In this document: one piece after another, positions 26,095-37,700 of the stretch
Layout of the letters: every line of letters begins with the position of its first letter
Numbering within the stretch: position 1 is the first letter of the stretch
DNA from: Octopus bimaculoides
Lineage: Eukaryota
Direction of reading: 5' to 3'
DNA length: 56,277 nucleotides
NCBI RefSeq assembly: GCF_001194135.2
Contig: NC_068992.1
Location: 34,725,758 to 34,782,034, forward strand
Notes under the pieces: model-generated
Databases searched by the model: none
What the model saw: the letters and a program-made list of their open reading frames with translations, nothing else
Told to the model about the DNA's origin: nothing
Made by a program: the position numbers and the translations under genes

Positions 26095-26825
26095 GCACAA
26101 ATGAAGGCGGAGGTAAAGGATATGGACCCCACCCACTTTCGGTTTGTTTGTTTTTCTACAGAAACCCACTTTTTCGACTGTGGAGATTCTGAATCTGCAA
26201 AAACAAAGTGGTAATCTCTTCTTCTTGTCCAATATTTTGAATCTGGGTTTGTCGCCTTTAACGGGGCTGGCCAGATCTACTTCACTCCTACAGCAACCGT
26301 TCTCGCACCATCTCACCATCTCGACCAGTTTTGGGCATCCTCCCTCCTCAAGCCAACCTTCCCAATATCCTCCTCCACCTGTCCCCTCCACGTTTTCTTT
26401 GGTCAGCCTCGCTTTCGTGGTTCATTCACTCAAGCACTCTCCTCAGAACATGATCCTCATTCCTCCTCAACACATTCCATACCACCGCACTCCATTCACC
26501 CTTGCCAGCTGTTCCACCAATTCGTCCTCAGCCCTCCTTTTATCCAATAATCTCAGCCCTTGAATTTCGATGCCTAACCTTTTGCCTTCTTTGGTGAACT
26601 CTGTTTACATAGTTTATTCGAGGTGTGTTCAAAAAGCACACAACTGACAAACAAGTGTCCAGTAAGATGCAAACAAACCCTGTACATTCTGTAAAAATTC
26701 CTTGTAAGACCCATAAGAGGGTTACCTGTGATGAATATGGGTATGAGAAAGAAAAGGTTCATTGGAGTGGCGCATGTTCAGCAAAAAGTAAAAAGTGTGT
26801 AGTTTATGGGGAAAGTGGACATTGA
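26095..26825 (+). pseudogene. Probable Gypsy gag remnant with a decayed double zinc knuckle
   Basis: The C-terminal TCDEYG...HWSGACSAKSKKCVVYGESGH resembles C..CG...H....CPA....C..C.K.GH. The N-terminal TETHFFDCGDSESAKTKW is gag-like. It is interrupted by stops. Confidence 0.4.
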
Positions 26826-27953
26826 AAAATAAGTAGGTAAGTCATACAGTTTTAGAAAAATTCTGATTATGTTTAAACTTTTAAATTGAAATATTCTGTT
26901 AGTTGGTTTGATATCTGATAATTCTGTATACTAAATTTTTCCATAATGATAAAATAGTTTCACATCCCTAAAGGTAATCAAGCAAAGACTCCTAATAGAA
27001 TATATTGCCCATAATAGCTTCAAAATTTTTCTCACATTTCTATATTTTTATGAATGACAATAATCTGTTGGAATCAGTACTTTTATTTCTATTACCTGCA
27101 ACAAATGAGGGCAAACCTCTACAGTTATAGGACATCAGTGCATTGCAAACGTTTCTGTCTCCAAGTCAATAAATCATTTTTTAATTCTACTGTTAATGCC
27201 ACTCCTTACAGTTGAGCAGAAACCAGTGTGGTCCTGGCAAAGACTGAAACAGAGCTCGGATACTGGAGCAGCATGTCTATCCAAAATAACGAAACTAAGA
27301 GAGGTTACTTAAATGCAACAGCAACAGTAGAAGCAATAGCCATGTCACTAACTTCTACTTCAACTATATGCTACATTGCATAGAGACATTCATCTACATG
27401 TTTTGCTAGGAGAGCTAATTTATTGATGTTTGGTAGTATTACTGTTAAGAAAAGAAAGAGACAGAAAATAAAATATCATAAAAATTTGTCTCAATACTGT
27501 ATGTGGACAGATGTATGAATATAATTTATATTGTCATTGAAACTACTACTTGCTAAGGCTGATAAATAAATATTAAGTAAAAAATATATGTAAAACACAT
27601 TAAATTTAACAATGAAATATAAACCCATTTTAGAAGTAAAGGGTATCTATTCTGTGCAAAGATTTTGCATTCAGAACATGACATATGTATGAATAAATGA
27701 ATAAAATGTATATGTTTAAAGTCAGACAGGCTAGACAGTAGTACTATGAAGACAATAGACCAGAGTTCAGTAGATATCCAAAGATGGTGACTGATTCAGC
27801 TGACTACCTATGCAAAAGGAATAAGTTACAGAATAGTTGGTGCTTGATGTGACATTTGAACATATCAATGAGTAAGACTTTCTCAGATCAATAAAGATGG
27901 CCTAGTGGTACATGTGTCATAGAAAGAGAAAAACATGTCACTATATATACATA

Positions 27954-27989
<36 letters not shown>

Positions 27990-28420
27990 AAAGTAGTGTT
28001 CAGATAAAGTGGTATTATTGATAAAGTTTGATGGCCTCAGTAAAATAACACATATTAATTTGATTGGCCTGATGTGCTGTAAAAATTATATACCAGTAGG
28101 CATCATTGTAAAATACTGACAACAACTAAGGGTTTTTATTTGGCTTTACTTTCTTTCTTATTGATTAAAACAAGTGAGAAAAGAGACAACAGCAAGTGTA
28201 TACTTAGTTACGCCAGTGTGTAAAAGTAAGAAGTGTCATTGAAATAATGAAAGAGAAGATGGAGGAGTAATATGGAGAAAAGCAGATAGATAGGAAAAGA
28301 GAATATTTAAAATAAAGAAAAGAATGGAAAAATACTGAGAAGAAAAATAATAAGAAAAAGCAGAAAAAAGTAAAAGGAAAGCACATGATGAAGATACAAA
28401 ATAGTGAGTGAGCGAGAGTG

Positions 28421-28421
28421 A

Positions 28422-28484
<63 letters not shown>

Positions 28485-28612
28485 CACATTGTGTCGTGTG
28501 TAAAAGGGTAAGATGGATAGCAAAAGGAAAAGAACATGGAGAAGGGAACAAAAGAGTGAAAGATAGATTTTAATATAGCTAAAAAATATGAGAAAGAAAG
28601 ACAAATATATAC

Positions 28613-28655
<43 letters not shown>
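28421..28655. repeat. (TG)n and (TA)n(GA)n microsatellites in a purine-rich low-complexity tract
   Basis: Directly visible. Confidence 0.9.
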
Positions 28656-29550
28656 AACTGCAAAGAGAAGGGATAGAGAAAGAAAGATACCTATGGTTAG
28701 AGTGAGTGATGTGGAGAGAATGATGACGAAAAGTATGTGAGAATATTCCACAATGTTTACTGAAATATATAGCAGCTTGCCTCTCAGCTAGGGCTATGCT
28801 ATACTGACTTTATTGGAATAAAGTTAAATTATAATGGTGTGGAAGAGATTCAACAGGAAATTAGTTCTACTTGCTTGAAGGGGAAATATGTATAAATGGG
28901 ATCATAGATACTCATACAAACATACCTCCACATATACAAACACACACTCATATGTGTGCGTGTGTCATACGTATGTATGCATGCGTGTGTATGTATATAT
29001 ATATATATATATATATATACGTATGTATGTATGTATGGATGGATGGATGTATGTATGTATATGCTCTCATAAACATATATTCACACACACTCACATACTC
29101 AAATATATGATGAACAGATTTGTTTCAAAAGGACATAAAAACAGTATTTTTTGTTTTTTTAATAATTCATTTGTAGAAATGATTAATGGAATTTGTTTCA
29201 TTTAAAATGCAAAGTCTATATATACTTGCCCTTTGCAAATTTCAATGCATTTACCTTTTCAGACATAAGGATAAGGACATTTAAGATTTTCTTTGAATCT
29301 TCAGTTGAGAATAGATGAATACAGCAAATTATATAGATGTATTCTTATTTAGTATTAGGTTAAGTCCAATTTGGCATAGAGTTTAAATAGAAATGTCTGC
29401 ATCAGTTACAATAAATGACAAGACCTGAACATTATAGAATGATTATTAAGAGAACATAGAATAGTAGTTGTATTACGAGAAAAATGCTGACCAGTACTGG
29501 ATATGATAGAAAATTCTTAGTTCTTAACTCCATAGTTCTTAACTCCATAT

Positions 29551-29699
29551 GTCTTGATGGCCGTATGGGTAACGACGCTGGAGAGAAAACTGTCAATCTG
29601 CAGATAGGGAGCGAGTTCGATACTTGCTTGGCTTTTTTTCACGGTGGTGCACCAGCATGACCGCAGCCACTTGGCTAAAACACATAAATAAATAAATAA

Positions 29700-29700
<1 letters not shown>
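29551..29700 (+). mobile_element. Short tRNA-Ser(AGA)-like SINE with (TAAA)n tail
   Basis: A box tggccgtatgggt; tggagagaaa resembles tRNA-Ser TGGACTAGAAA; intact T-arm gcgag-ttcgata-cttgc; tail ggtggtgcaccagcatgaccgcagcc shared with family A SINEs. Confidence 0.7.
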
Positions 29701-29731
<31 letters not shown>

Positions 29732-30589
29732 ATACGCATTTTTGCGAATAGATGTGAGTTTTTAGGTTGTTAGTTAATATAGATTTGAATGGATATAAAA
29801 TCATCATCATATATCTGTTTTCCATGCTAGCATGGGTTGAACCAAAATACATCTGGTATGTTATAGGGCAGAAGAAAGTTTGCCCAAGACTATTAACAAT
29901 GGTTTGGGCCTGAAAGAAAATTGAAGAGGCATTCTCAATTGTTTTTTTAAGAATGGAAAACTTTATAATGCACAATTATTATAGCTTGTCCATATGTGCT
30001 GAAAGATAAAAGGTGAGTGTGTGTTACATGTATGATACTGAAGTAGAAAACCAATATTGGGTTTACAGTCATTAAAAGCATACTACTCTTGAAAGTTATT
30101 CTGTATTAGACTTAGTTGTCTGAATACCCAGGAGATGCTCACGTGATACCAACAGTTTTCAAAATTTGTGAAGGGTTCTGGAAAATAAGCTTCTTTCCAT
30201 TTTAGTTAATTGTTTTCTTTTTTTTTTTTTTTTTGCAAATAGTTCAGTATTCAAAATTTAAACTGAACTATGCTTACTTTGGATGAATAAAGGAATGCCA
30301 GCTTGGCCAGCCATTTCTTCGGCATGATCTAAAGAGCATGTGTGCACAGTGGGCATTCTATTAGATAGCTGGTTGATAACTCTAATCTAAGACATCTTTG
30401 TACTTTTATAAATATCAACAAATTCTCTTGTTCTGAATATGAAGTATAATACAGGGTTTGCTATGTGAAGAATATCTTTTCTATTATATGATGGTACTTG
30501 TGTTATTTGAGGAAACTATAATGATTTGTGCTGGTATTAAATCATGCATAGATATTACAGGTTGTGAAGAATCTGTCATGATGAAGGCT

Positions 30590-31095
30590 TTTGTTGCTGT
30601 CAGTGGAGTTTTAACTATAGTGCAAGAAATAGGGAGTTCAAAACTGGCTATCTATGGAAACTCCTATCAGCTAATGATCTATCTCTGACAGCTGAATCAA
30701 CTAGAATTAGAGAAGAAATTCTAGATGTGAAAGCAAAACCTAGAATCAAGTGGTCTCAAAGTAAACTTAGCAAAGACAAATGTGTTAGTAAGCAGAAAAG
30801 AAGATAGAACCCTGGTTCCATCTAGGAGATAGCTTTGCTTGCTATGCAGAAAGGGAGTAAACAGGAATGCCATATGTCGTGTCTAGTGCAAGCTATGAAT
30901 GGATAAGTGCTGTAGAGGGATCACAGGCAGGATAACAGAGAAAGCAGGTTTTGTATGTTGCAGATACACTGAAGCAATAAGCACTAAGTGTATGCTAAAA
31001 ATAGATTCTCTTAAATGCCTGTCAAACTTACCAGAAGTAGTAGATAGCTTTTGTTACCTATGTGCCATAATTAGGAGTGGAAGTGATTGCTCTGA
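30590..31095 (+). mobile_element. Degraded RTE LINE RT fragment (same clade as 7532-8666)
   Basis: ggaaactcctatcagctaatgatct corresponds to ELLYADDL. Also NLESSGLKVNLAKT, a Cys-rich insert (C.RGITGRITEK.GFVC) and EVVDSFCYL. Confidence 0.75.
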
Positions 31096-32426
31096 GTTCT
31101 TCTTGAAGTATTCTGATACAGCTGCTGTAATAATATGCAACACACATTTAAAGAAACTAACCATCAACCTCTTCATATACCAATCTGATAAACACATGAA
31201 TCAGATTTTATTCTCACTAGGAATGGGACAGGCAGACCATTGTAAATACTATTCTTTCCTGATGAAAAATGCACTATTCAACATAAAACATTGGTTGGTG
31301 ACTTCAGATTCGATTTGGCTGACTAGAGACAGAAGACAATCTGGAGAAGGAAAGCAAAAGCTAAAAGTTGGTATCACTAATTTTTGAAAATATTTAAATC
31401 TAACTTCTAGTATACTTTTTCATGGAGTGCATCCAAAAAAGAAACATTTTGATGTCTCACTTGTGAAATTAGAATGAATATTTTAGGAAGTGTGACAATT
31501 TGAATGATCAGTGAATTGGTTGAAATCTTTTCTAATTGGCTGAAATGAATAATTAGCCATGTTTGTGATGTTGTATCTTTGAAACTGAAGTGATAATTAT
31601 CTTCAAATTATACAATAGAATAATTGTATATAGAATCCATGGGATTTCAGGTTCTTGAAAATAAAACTTTTAGCAATTTTTTAATATTTATGTAAAGCCT
31701 ATTTTGTTGTATGTAACAATCAGTCAATTGTGCACTGTTTTCAGACTTACCTAAATCCAAAAGTACAAGTCACAGGGATTTGAGTTTCAGCATGTTTGTA
31801 GTAGGTATAGAACTAAATAAATTCTGAGATTTTGTGACATGATACCATTTCAATAAAAGTTTAATGAGCTATTAAAAATGGCTATAAATGGTGGATTTTT
31901 GGATTGGGTTATCCACATAAGTTGGATTTTCTCTGCTTTTAACAGGAAGCTTTTCCCCCATGGTCTTGGAAATGATGGGGGAAAGCTTTTTATGAAAAAA
32001 AAGTGTTTGAATATCTATGATTTTTTTTCACCCACTCTTCTTCTTTCTTGATAGGGGAAACCCTTGTGGTAAAAAAAATTTTGAAAATATTTTCAAATGA
32101 ATGGGTATGTGATTTAAGGGAGATTTGGCTGTTGTTTCTAGTACATCCCACAACTACCTGATACCTTTCTCAGAATTGCATGTTGACCTAGATTGAAAAA
32201 CAAACAAAATATGGAAATAAATTCCTTGCTTTATCATTAAAACATAAATTAAGGGCATCAAAAACATCTGAAACTTACAGCAAATTTGTTAATAGAAGAG
32301 AGAGAAAAAGAAAACCCAAAATGTATCAGCACTACATGTGAAAAGGTAAAAATTACCACAAGGTATCCAACTGTGTTGAAAATCAGGAAGAAAACATCAC
32401 ATTGGACTTCAATTATCTACAAAGTA

Positions 32427-32595
32427 TTGGGTCATCCCATAAATAATGCAGCTTTTTTATGCTTCTTTTATTTTTCAAAATTAAGATAAAAAAGTTCTTT
32501 TTTAATCTAAAATATACTCTCCTTCAGTTTTTACAATGCTCTTCCATCTATCTGGTAGATTTTCAAAGTCCTTCTTTCAAAATTCACTTGTCCAT
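32427..32595 (-). mobile_element. mariner 3' end fragment (TIR plus last transposase codons)
   Basis: TA followed by ttgggtcatcccataaataatgc. The minus strand encodes ENLPDRWKSIVKTEGEYILD*. Confidence 0.7.
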
Positions 32596-33556
32596 GACAA
32601 AAAGTACTCCTCCAGGACTGTATGTAGTGCTGCAGAAATATATATCCATATGTTTATATCTTACCAAGCCTATATTTGCTGCCATCCTTTTCACTCTTGA
32701 CATTTCTACCTGTTGATCAACTCCTCTCATTCACTTATCTCTTCATTCACTTCATTCCTCATATCTCTGTATTACTCATTCCCAGCCACCTTTTAACCTT
32801 TTAACAGAGTTTGCAAACAATGAATGTTTACCCTGCACAATATCTCTCCATCACTCTTTTTCCTGACATCCCTTACTTAGCCTATGTGTGAAAGATTGTA
32901 ATTGGCCACCATCATCATGCTATCTGTGCCCATCTTTCCTTTCTCAATCCATCTCCTCATCCACTTCTGTCATCACTCTATCAATACAAACTGTCATTTC
33001 ACCACTTGTAATTCTCAATTACTTGCCCAATGACATCCCTCACTCACTCTATCTTCTTTTCTCTCACTGTTCTCATCCCACAACTATTTCACCAACTCAA
33101 CAACCACTCATCCCTCTAACCTATACCCCATGATCGCCATACTTCTCTTTCATTGTCTCTCTTGATCCTCATTGCCCTCATCCATTTTCTCTCTTTGATG
33201 TTCCCTTTACCTACACATTCTACCCTTACTCACATCTATGTAGAGTGTCCAAGTCTAGCCCCCTACATAGCCCAACCTCCTCACCCTTGCTAATCTGTCC
33301 CCTCCTTTCTTACTAATCAGTGACACTAATCTCTTCTCTTTCCCCACTTTTTTCTGTACATGTTGCAAGGTAACTTAATTGATTCATGTTGGTGTCACAG
33401 CAAATGCACCCAGCACATCCCATAAAAGGGCTGATGTTAGGAAAAACACCCAACCATAGACCCCATGCAAAAACAGGCATTTGGACAGTTCCTATAAATC
33501 ATATTTTATCCACTACCATGGACCCCTTTTAATATACTTCTCTTTATTTATATTTT

Positions 33557-34730
33557 CAGGTGTTGGACAAAATAATGGAAACACCTTTGGCAGTAATTAT
33601 AGCTTGAATTCTATGAGGTATAAACTCTTACAAAGTTTTAATTGCTTCCAAAGGAATTTTTGTCCAATCTTCAGCTAAAACAGTCTCCAGTTCTTGTAGT
33701 GATGATGGTGGAGGATATCGACTCCTTACTTGTTTTTCTAAAATGCACCATAACTGTTCAATAATATTGATGTCTCGGGGACTGTGGTGACCAGATAAGA
33801 TGTTCAACTTCACCAGAATGTTCCTCGTACCATTCAGTAACAACTTTAGCCATGTGAATTGGTGCATTATTATCCTGACAGATTGCATTTCCCTCTGGAA
33901 ACAGTTCTGCAACCATAGGATGAATTTGATCAGATAAAATGCTTAAATAGTCTTGACTATTAATTCTGACATGAAGGGAAACCATTAGGCCGGCAGATTT
34001 CCAAGATATAGTCCTCTAGATCATTACAGATCCTCCTCCATGTTTAACAGTTGGAAGAAGGCAGCCTGGGTCAAATGCTTCTTTTGGCTGTCTCCACATG
34101 TATACTCAGCTGGTAGTTGGAAATAAGGTAAAGGATGACTCATCTGAGAAAATAACATTCTTCCACTGCTCTAGGGACCAATTCTGTAGGTTTTTACTCC
34201 ACTCTAAATGCTTTGCAACATTTGTTTTTGAAAGTAGTGGTTTTCTGATTGCAGCCCTCCTGTGAAATCCAGCTTTGTGCAGCTCCCAGCGAACAGTTTT
34301 TGTGGAAACTGGGTTCTTGAGGTGGTCATTAAGCTCTGCAGTAATTTGTGAAGCTGTACTTTTGTGAGCCTTTCTAACAATTCGCATAAGAGTCTTATGG
34401 TCTTTATCTGAAAGTTTTGGTTTTCTTGCGGAGTTTTGTTTTGACGAGGAGGTTTTACCCTCTTTCTCAAAGGCTATCATTACTTTCAAGACAGTACTTC
34501 TTGATACACCAAACATTTCAGCTGTTTTCATTATGCTAGCACCTGCCATATGAACACCAACAATTTGACCTCTTTGAAAGTCTAGTAGATCTGTCATTTT
34601 TATGAATTTTAATTACCTTTTTCTGATGATATCTGAAAAGAAACAGCAATTTTAGCAAAACATATTAAGCAACACTAATAATAAATCAAAATCATAAAAA
34701 TAAACAAGCTTTTGATGGTTTTATAGATAC
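33557..34730 (-). mobile_element. Tc1-type DNA transposon, one TIR retained (33557-33585), other end truncated
   Basis: TIR caggtgttggacaaaataatggaaacacc. No matching TIR is visible at about 34730. Confidence 0.9.
33585..34597 (-). pseudogene. Tc1 transposase pseudogene, near full length, DD36E-type spacing
   Basis: MTDLLDFQRGQIVG..GVSRSTVLKV..RKPKLS..VIFSDESSFTLFP / QD(N)NAPIH..WSPQSPDINIIEQLW / IQAIITAKG, with frameshifts. Confidence 0.9.
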
Positions 34731-34741
34731 ATTACACAGTT

Positions 34742-35580
34742 ATAATGGCTATCCACTTTACCGTTGTTGAAATAATGGTTTTACATTTACAAAGTCTAAT
34801 GCTGAATTAGATAATCATTCAGTAGTACCATATTCCCCCTTCTCTTCAGTTAAATATGGAGGTCATTGTAATGTAGAGATATGTGCATCTGTAAAATCAG
34901 TTAATTATATTGGGAAATATATTTATAAAGGTCATGATCGGGTGACAGTCAATATTAGTGGACAAACCAATGCATGACAAACATACAAAGATGAAATTGA
35001 AAATTATATCAATGGCTGCTATGTATCTTCATAAGAGGCAGACTGGAGGATTTTAGGGTTCAAATTACATGGTTCATATCCTGCAGTCCAACAGCTTACA
35101 ATTCATTTACCCCAACAGCAATGCATTTACTTTAATGATGATAATGATATTGCTATCCACACATATGACAGGTCTACTCTCACTGAATGGACGTGAGTTA
35201 ACCAGGAATCACCAGATAACTCATTTGCATGTACATTACACTATACTGTTTTCCCTGAATTTTACACATGGAATAATAGTGAGAAAATGTGACATCTCAG
35301 AAAAAATAACACACTCAATTGGGCGTATCTACTTTGTTTCACCAAAGAAACAAGAGAAATTCTATCTGAGAGCTTTACTATATCATATTGCCGGAGCTAC
35401 ATCGTTCAAAGATATGAGGACTATTAATGGTGTAGTTTGCTATAGTTACAAAGTGGCTGCAATGAAACTGGGTTTAGCACATGATGACTGTGAATACTAT
35501 TGGACTATGAAGTTTGCAAATATTTCAGCTACTCCATATCAGATGCAAAGACTTTTCTGCTCCATTATTAATTACTGCAT
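34742..35580 (+). pseudogene. Helitron RepHel fragment (Rep domain C-terminal part and linker)
   Basis: NGYPLY..LDNHSVVPYSP..KYGGHCNVEICASVKSVNYIGKYIYKGHDR..DEIENY..YVSS.EA.WRILGFKLHGSYPAVQQLTIHLP..RIYFVSP..EKFYLRALL..GATSFKDMRTING are classic Helitron motifs. Confidence 0.92.
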
Positions 35581-35703
35581 TCTATATGTATACTTATGTA
35601 TACATATATTTGTGGCACGCCATCAGTTACGACAAATATATAATACAATGTAAAATTCACTATCGCAAAGATAGCATGTTCACACAAGTATATATATATA
35701 TAT

Positions 35704-35854
35704 NNNNNNNNNNNNNNNNNNNNNNNNNNNNNNNNNNNNNNNNNNNNNNNNNNNNNNNNNNNNNNNNNNNNNNNNNNNNNNNNNNNNNNNNNNNNNNNNN
35801 NNNNNNNNNNNNNNNNNNNNNNNNNNNNNNNNNNNNNNNNNNNNNNNNNNNNNN
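35704..35854. other. Assembly gap (151 N) between (TA)n and (TG)n tracts
   Basis: Run of N. Confidence 1.
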
Positions 35855-35900
<46 letters not shown>

Positions 35901-36114
35901 TGTGTGTGTGTGTAAAATTTTGAATTTAGTTCATGAATCCTCAGTACTACCTTTGGGAACCACCAGGGCTTCGTATACTACAGGTTGGGAATGACTGCTA
36001 TAAATCATTAGATCCTGACAAACAGTCTAACCCATGCCAGCTTAAAATGATAACAATGAAGAAGTTAGCTGGATCATAATACTGCAACTCATTTGTTATG
36101 ATGTAGAATAAACT

Positions 36115-36373
36115 GCTTGTGAAATTAATGTGCAAGTGGCTGAGCACTCCACAGACATATATATATACCCTTAAAATAGTTCTTCAGGAAATTCAGCATG
36201 AAACAAAATGTGACAGGCCTGGCTCTTTGAATTACAGGTACTACACACTTTTGCCAGCTGAGTAGACTGGAGCAACATAAAATAAAGTGTCTTGCTCAAG
36301 GACACAACACATCTTTGTGAATCGAACTCTTGACTTTACAATCATGAGCCAAATACCCTAATCACTAAGCCAT
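36115..36373 (-). mobile_element. tRNA-derived SINE (family C, my label) with a conserved-core-like domain
   Basis: The minus strand reads tggcttagtgattagg (A box)..gagttcgattc (B box)..gtgtccttgagcaagacactttatt..ctcagctggcaaaaa. Confidence 0.75.
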
Positions 36374-37199
36374 ATACATTGATTGGAGCATTGTGTTCTA
36401 TTGTATATTGAAGTGTTGTTCTGAATACAAATCATGCCTGTTGATTTCACTGTTGCTGTTATAATCAATTTCTACAGAATACAAATGGATGCAATATTGA
36501 TGTGCAATAAATTTGAAATATTGAAGTGGATTATAGTGTAATCTGTATGGTGTTGTGTGTAGTATAATAGAATCAATGTATAGTGATTGAAAGTCTCAGT
36601 ATTTTAACGTTTAAACAGATGTTACTTCAGGTTTTAATACCACAATAATTATCAGTATTCTAATGTTTTCATATGAAGTGTATGTGCTCTACACTTGCAT
36701 GTATGTAAAGACAAAAGAAAAAGAAAAAGAGCTGAGAAGCTTCAAATAACTGAGGTTATCCAAGAAATTAGTAGAAAATATTCTCAATAGGAATGTTTAA
36801 CATCTAAAAACATCTAAAAAATTTTTTAGGAAGTAAAACAATGCATATGAAGTAAATCTCATCTTTAAAGTCAACTGTAAAAGCATAAGCATGTTTCAAT
36901 CTCATTTGACTCACTTTGCCTATTCTATTCAGTTGACAGGACTCATCACTGACAGGATGATCAGTATATATTTAACCATAGAGGGAATGTAGTCATGTTG
37001 ATTATGGGTGTGATATTATAGCAGAGGGATGCTTGCTAAATATGCATACTGTATGCATATTTAGTATTCTAGAGGTTACTTTCCCTCAGATATATTGTTC
37101 ATTTCATTCTATTTCTATATAGGAGGATTATACTGACTTTAATACAAAAGTGGGCATAACTTTTTCTATTAATTGATAATAGGTCATTCAAGTATTATA

Positions 37200-37700
37200 T
37201 CTTGGTAGGGTAATAATTTTTTTATACATAGGCAATATTCAATACTATCTCCATCCCAAATGATGCAATTCTCAAATTATCTATGAAAAAAATTCAAATG
37301 TGCACTGTTGTATCCAGTTCTTCACAGTCACTTCTATTTCACTTATCTTATCAAATCATTCCTTTATCTGATCAAACAGGTTGAAGTTATAGGGTACCAA
37401 ATCCAGGCTGTATGATGGCTGGAGGACCAGAGAACAGTTTGTTGACTGCCTGATTATGTTTCTAAATATGCATGTGGTTATACATTGTCAGGGCGAATAT
37501 GGACCATTTTCAGATTCTTTTTTGGTCTCTTTCTTCTTGTGGCTTGTCTGTGCTTTTTGAGTGTCTCAATGTGCCATTCACTGTTCTTGGTATAGTTACA
37601 TTCCAGAAAGTCAAGTGGAACTGTATTAAGTTGTATCTTCATGGTTTATTTTTGCTTCATCTATTTTTTTTTGACAATATCAATTTTAAATTAATAAAAA
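37200..37700 (-). pseudogene. Old mariner transposase remnant
   Basis: The minus strand encodes DFLECNYTKNSE..TLKK..RRKRP, DNV*PH and QPSYSLDLVPYNFNLF. Confidence 0.65.

Noticed and set aside
17850-26825. Single Gypsy element joining the 18-21 kb pol with the 26 kb gag
   Set aside because: The order is wrong (gag downstream of pol), and the 18-kb element has its own gag remnant.
29551-29633. Functional tRNA-Ser gene
   Set aside because: The acceptor and anticodon stems do not pair, and it is followed by a SINE tail.
31947-31988. 14-bp hairpin aagcttttcccccat/atgggggaaagctt
   Set aside because: It is short and probably internal to an old MITE, with no evidence of a miRNA-type precursor or terminator function.
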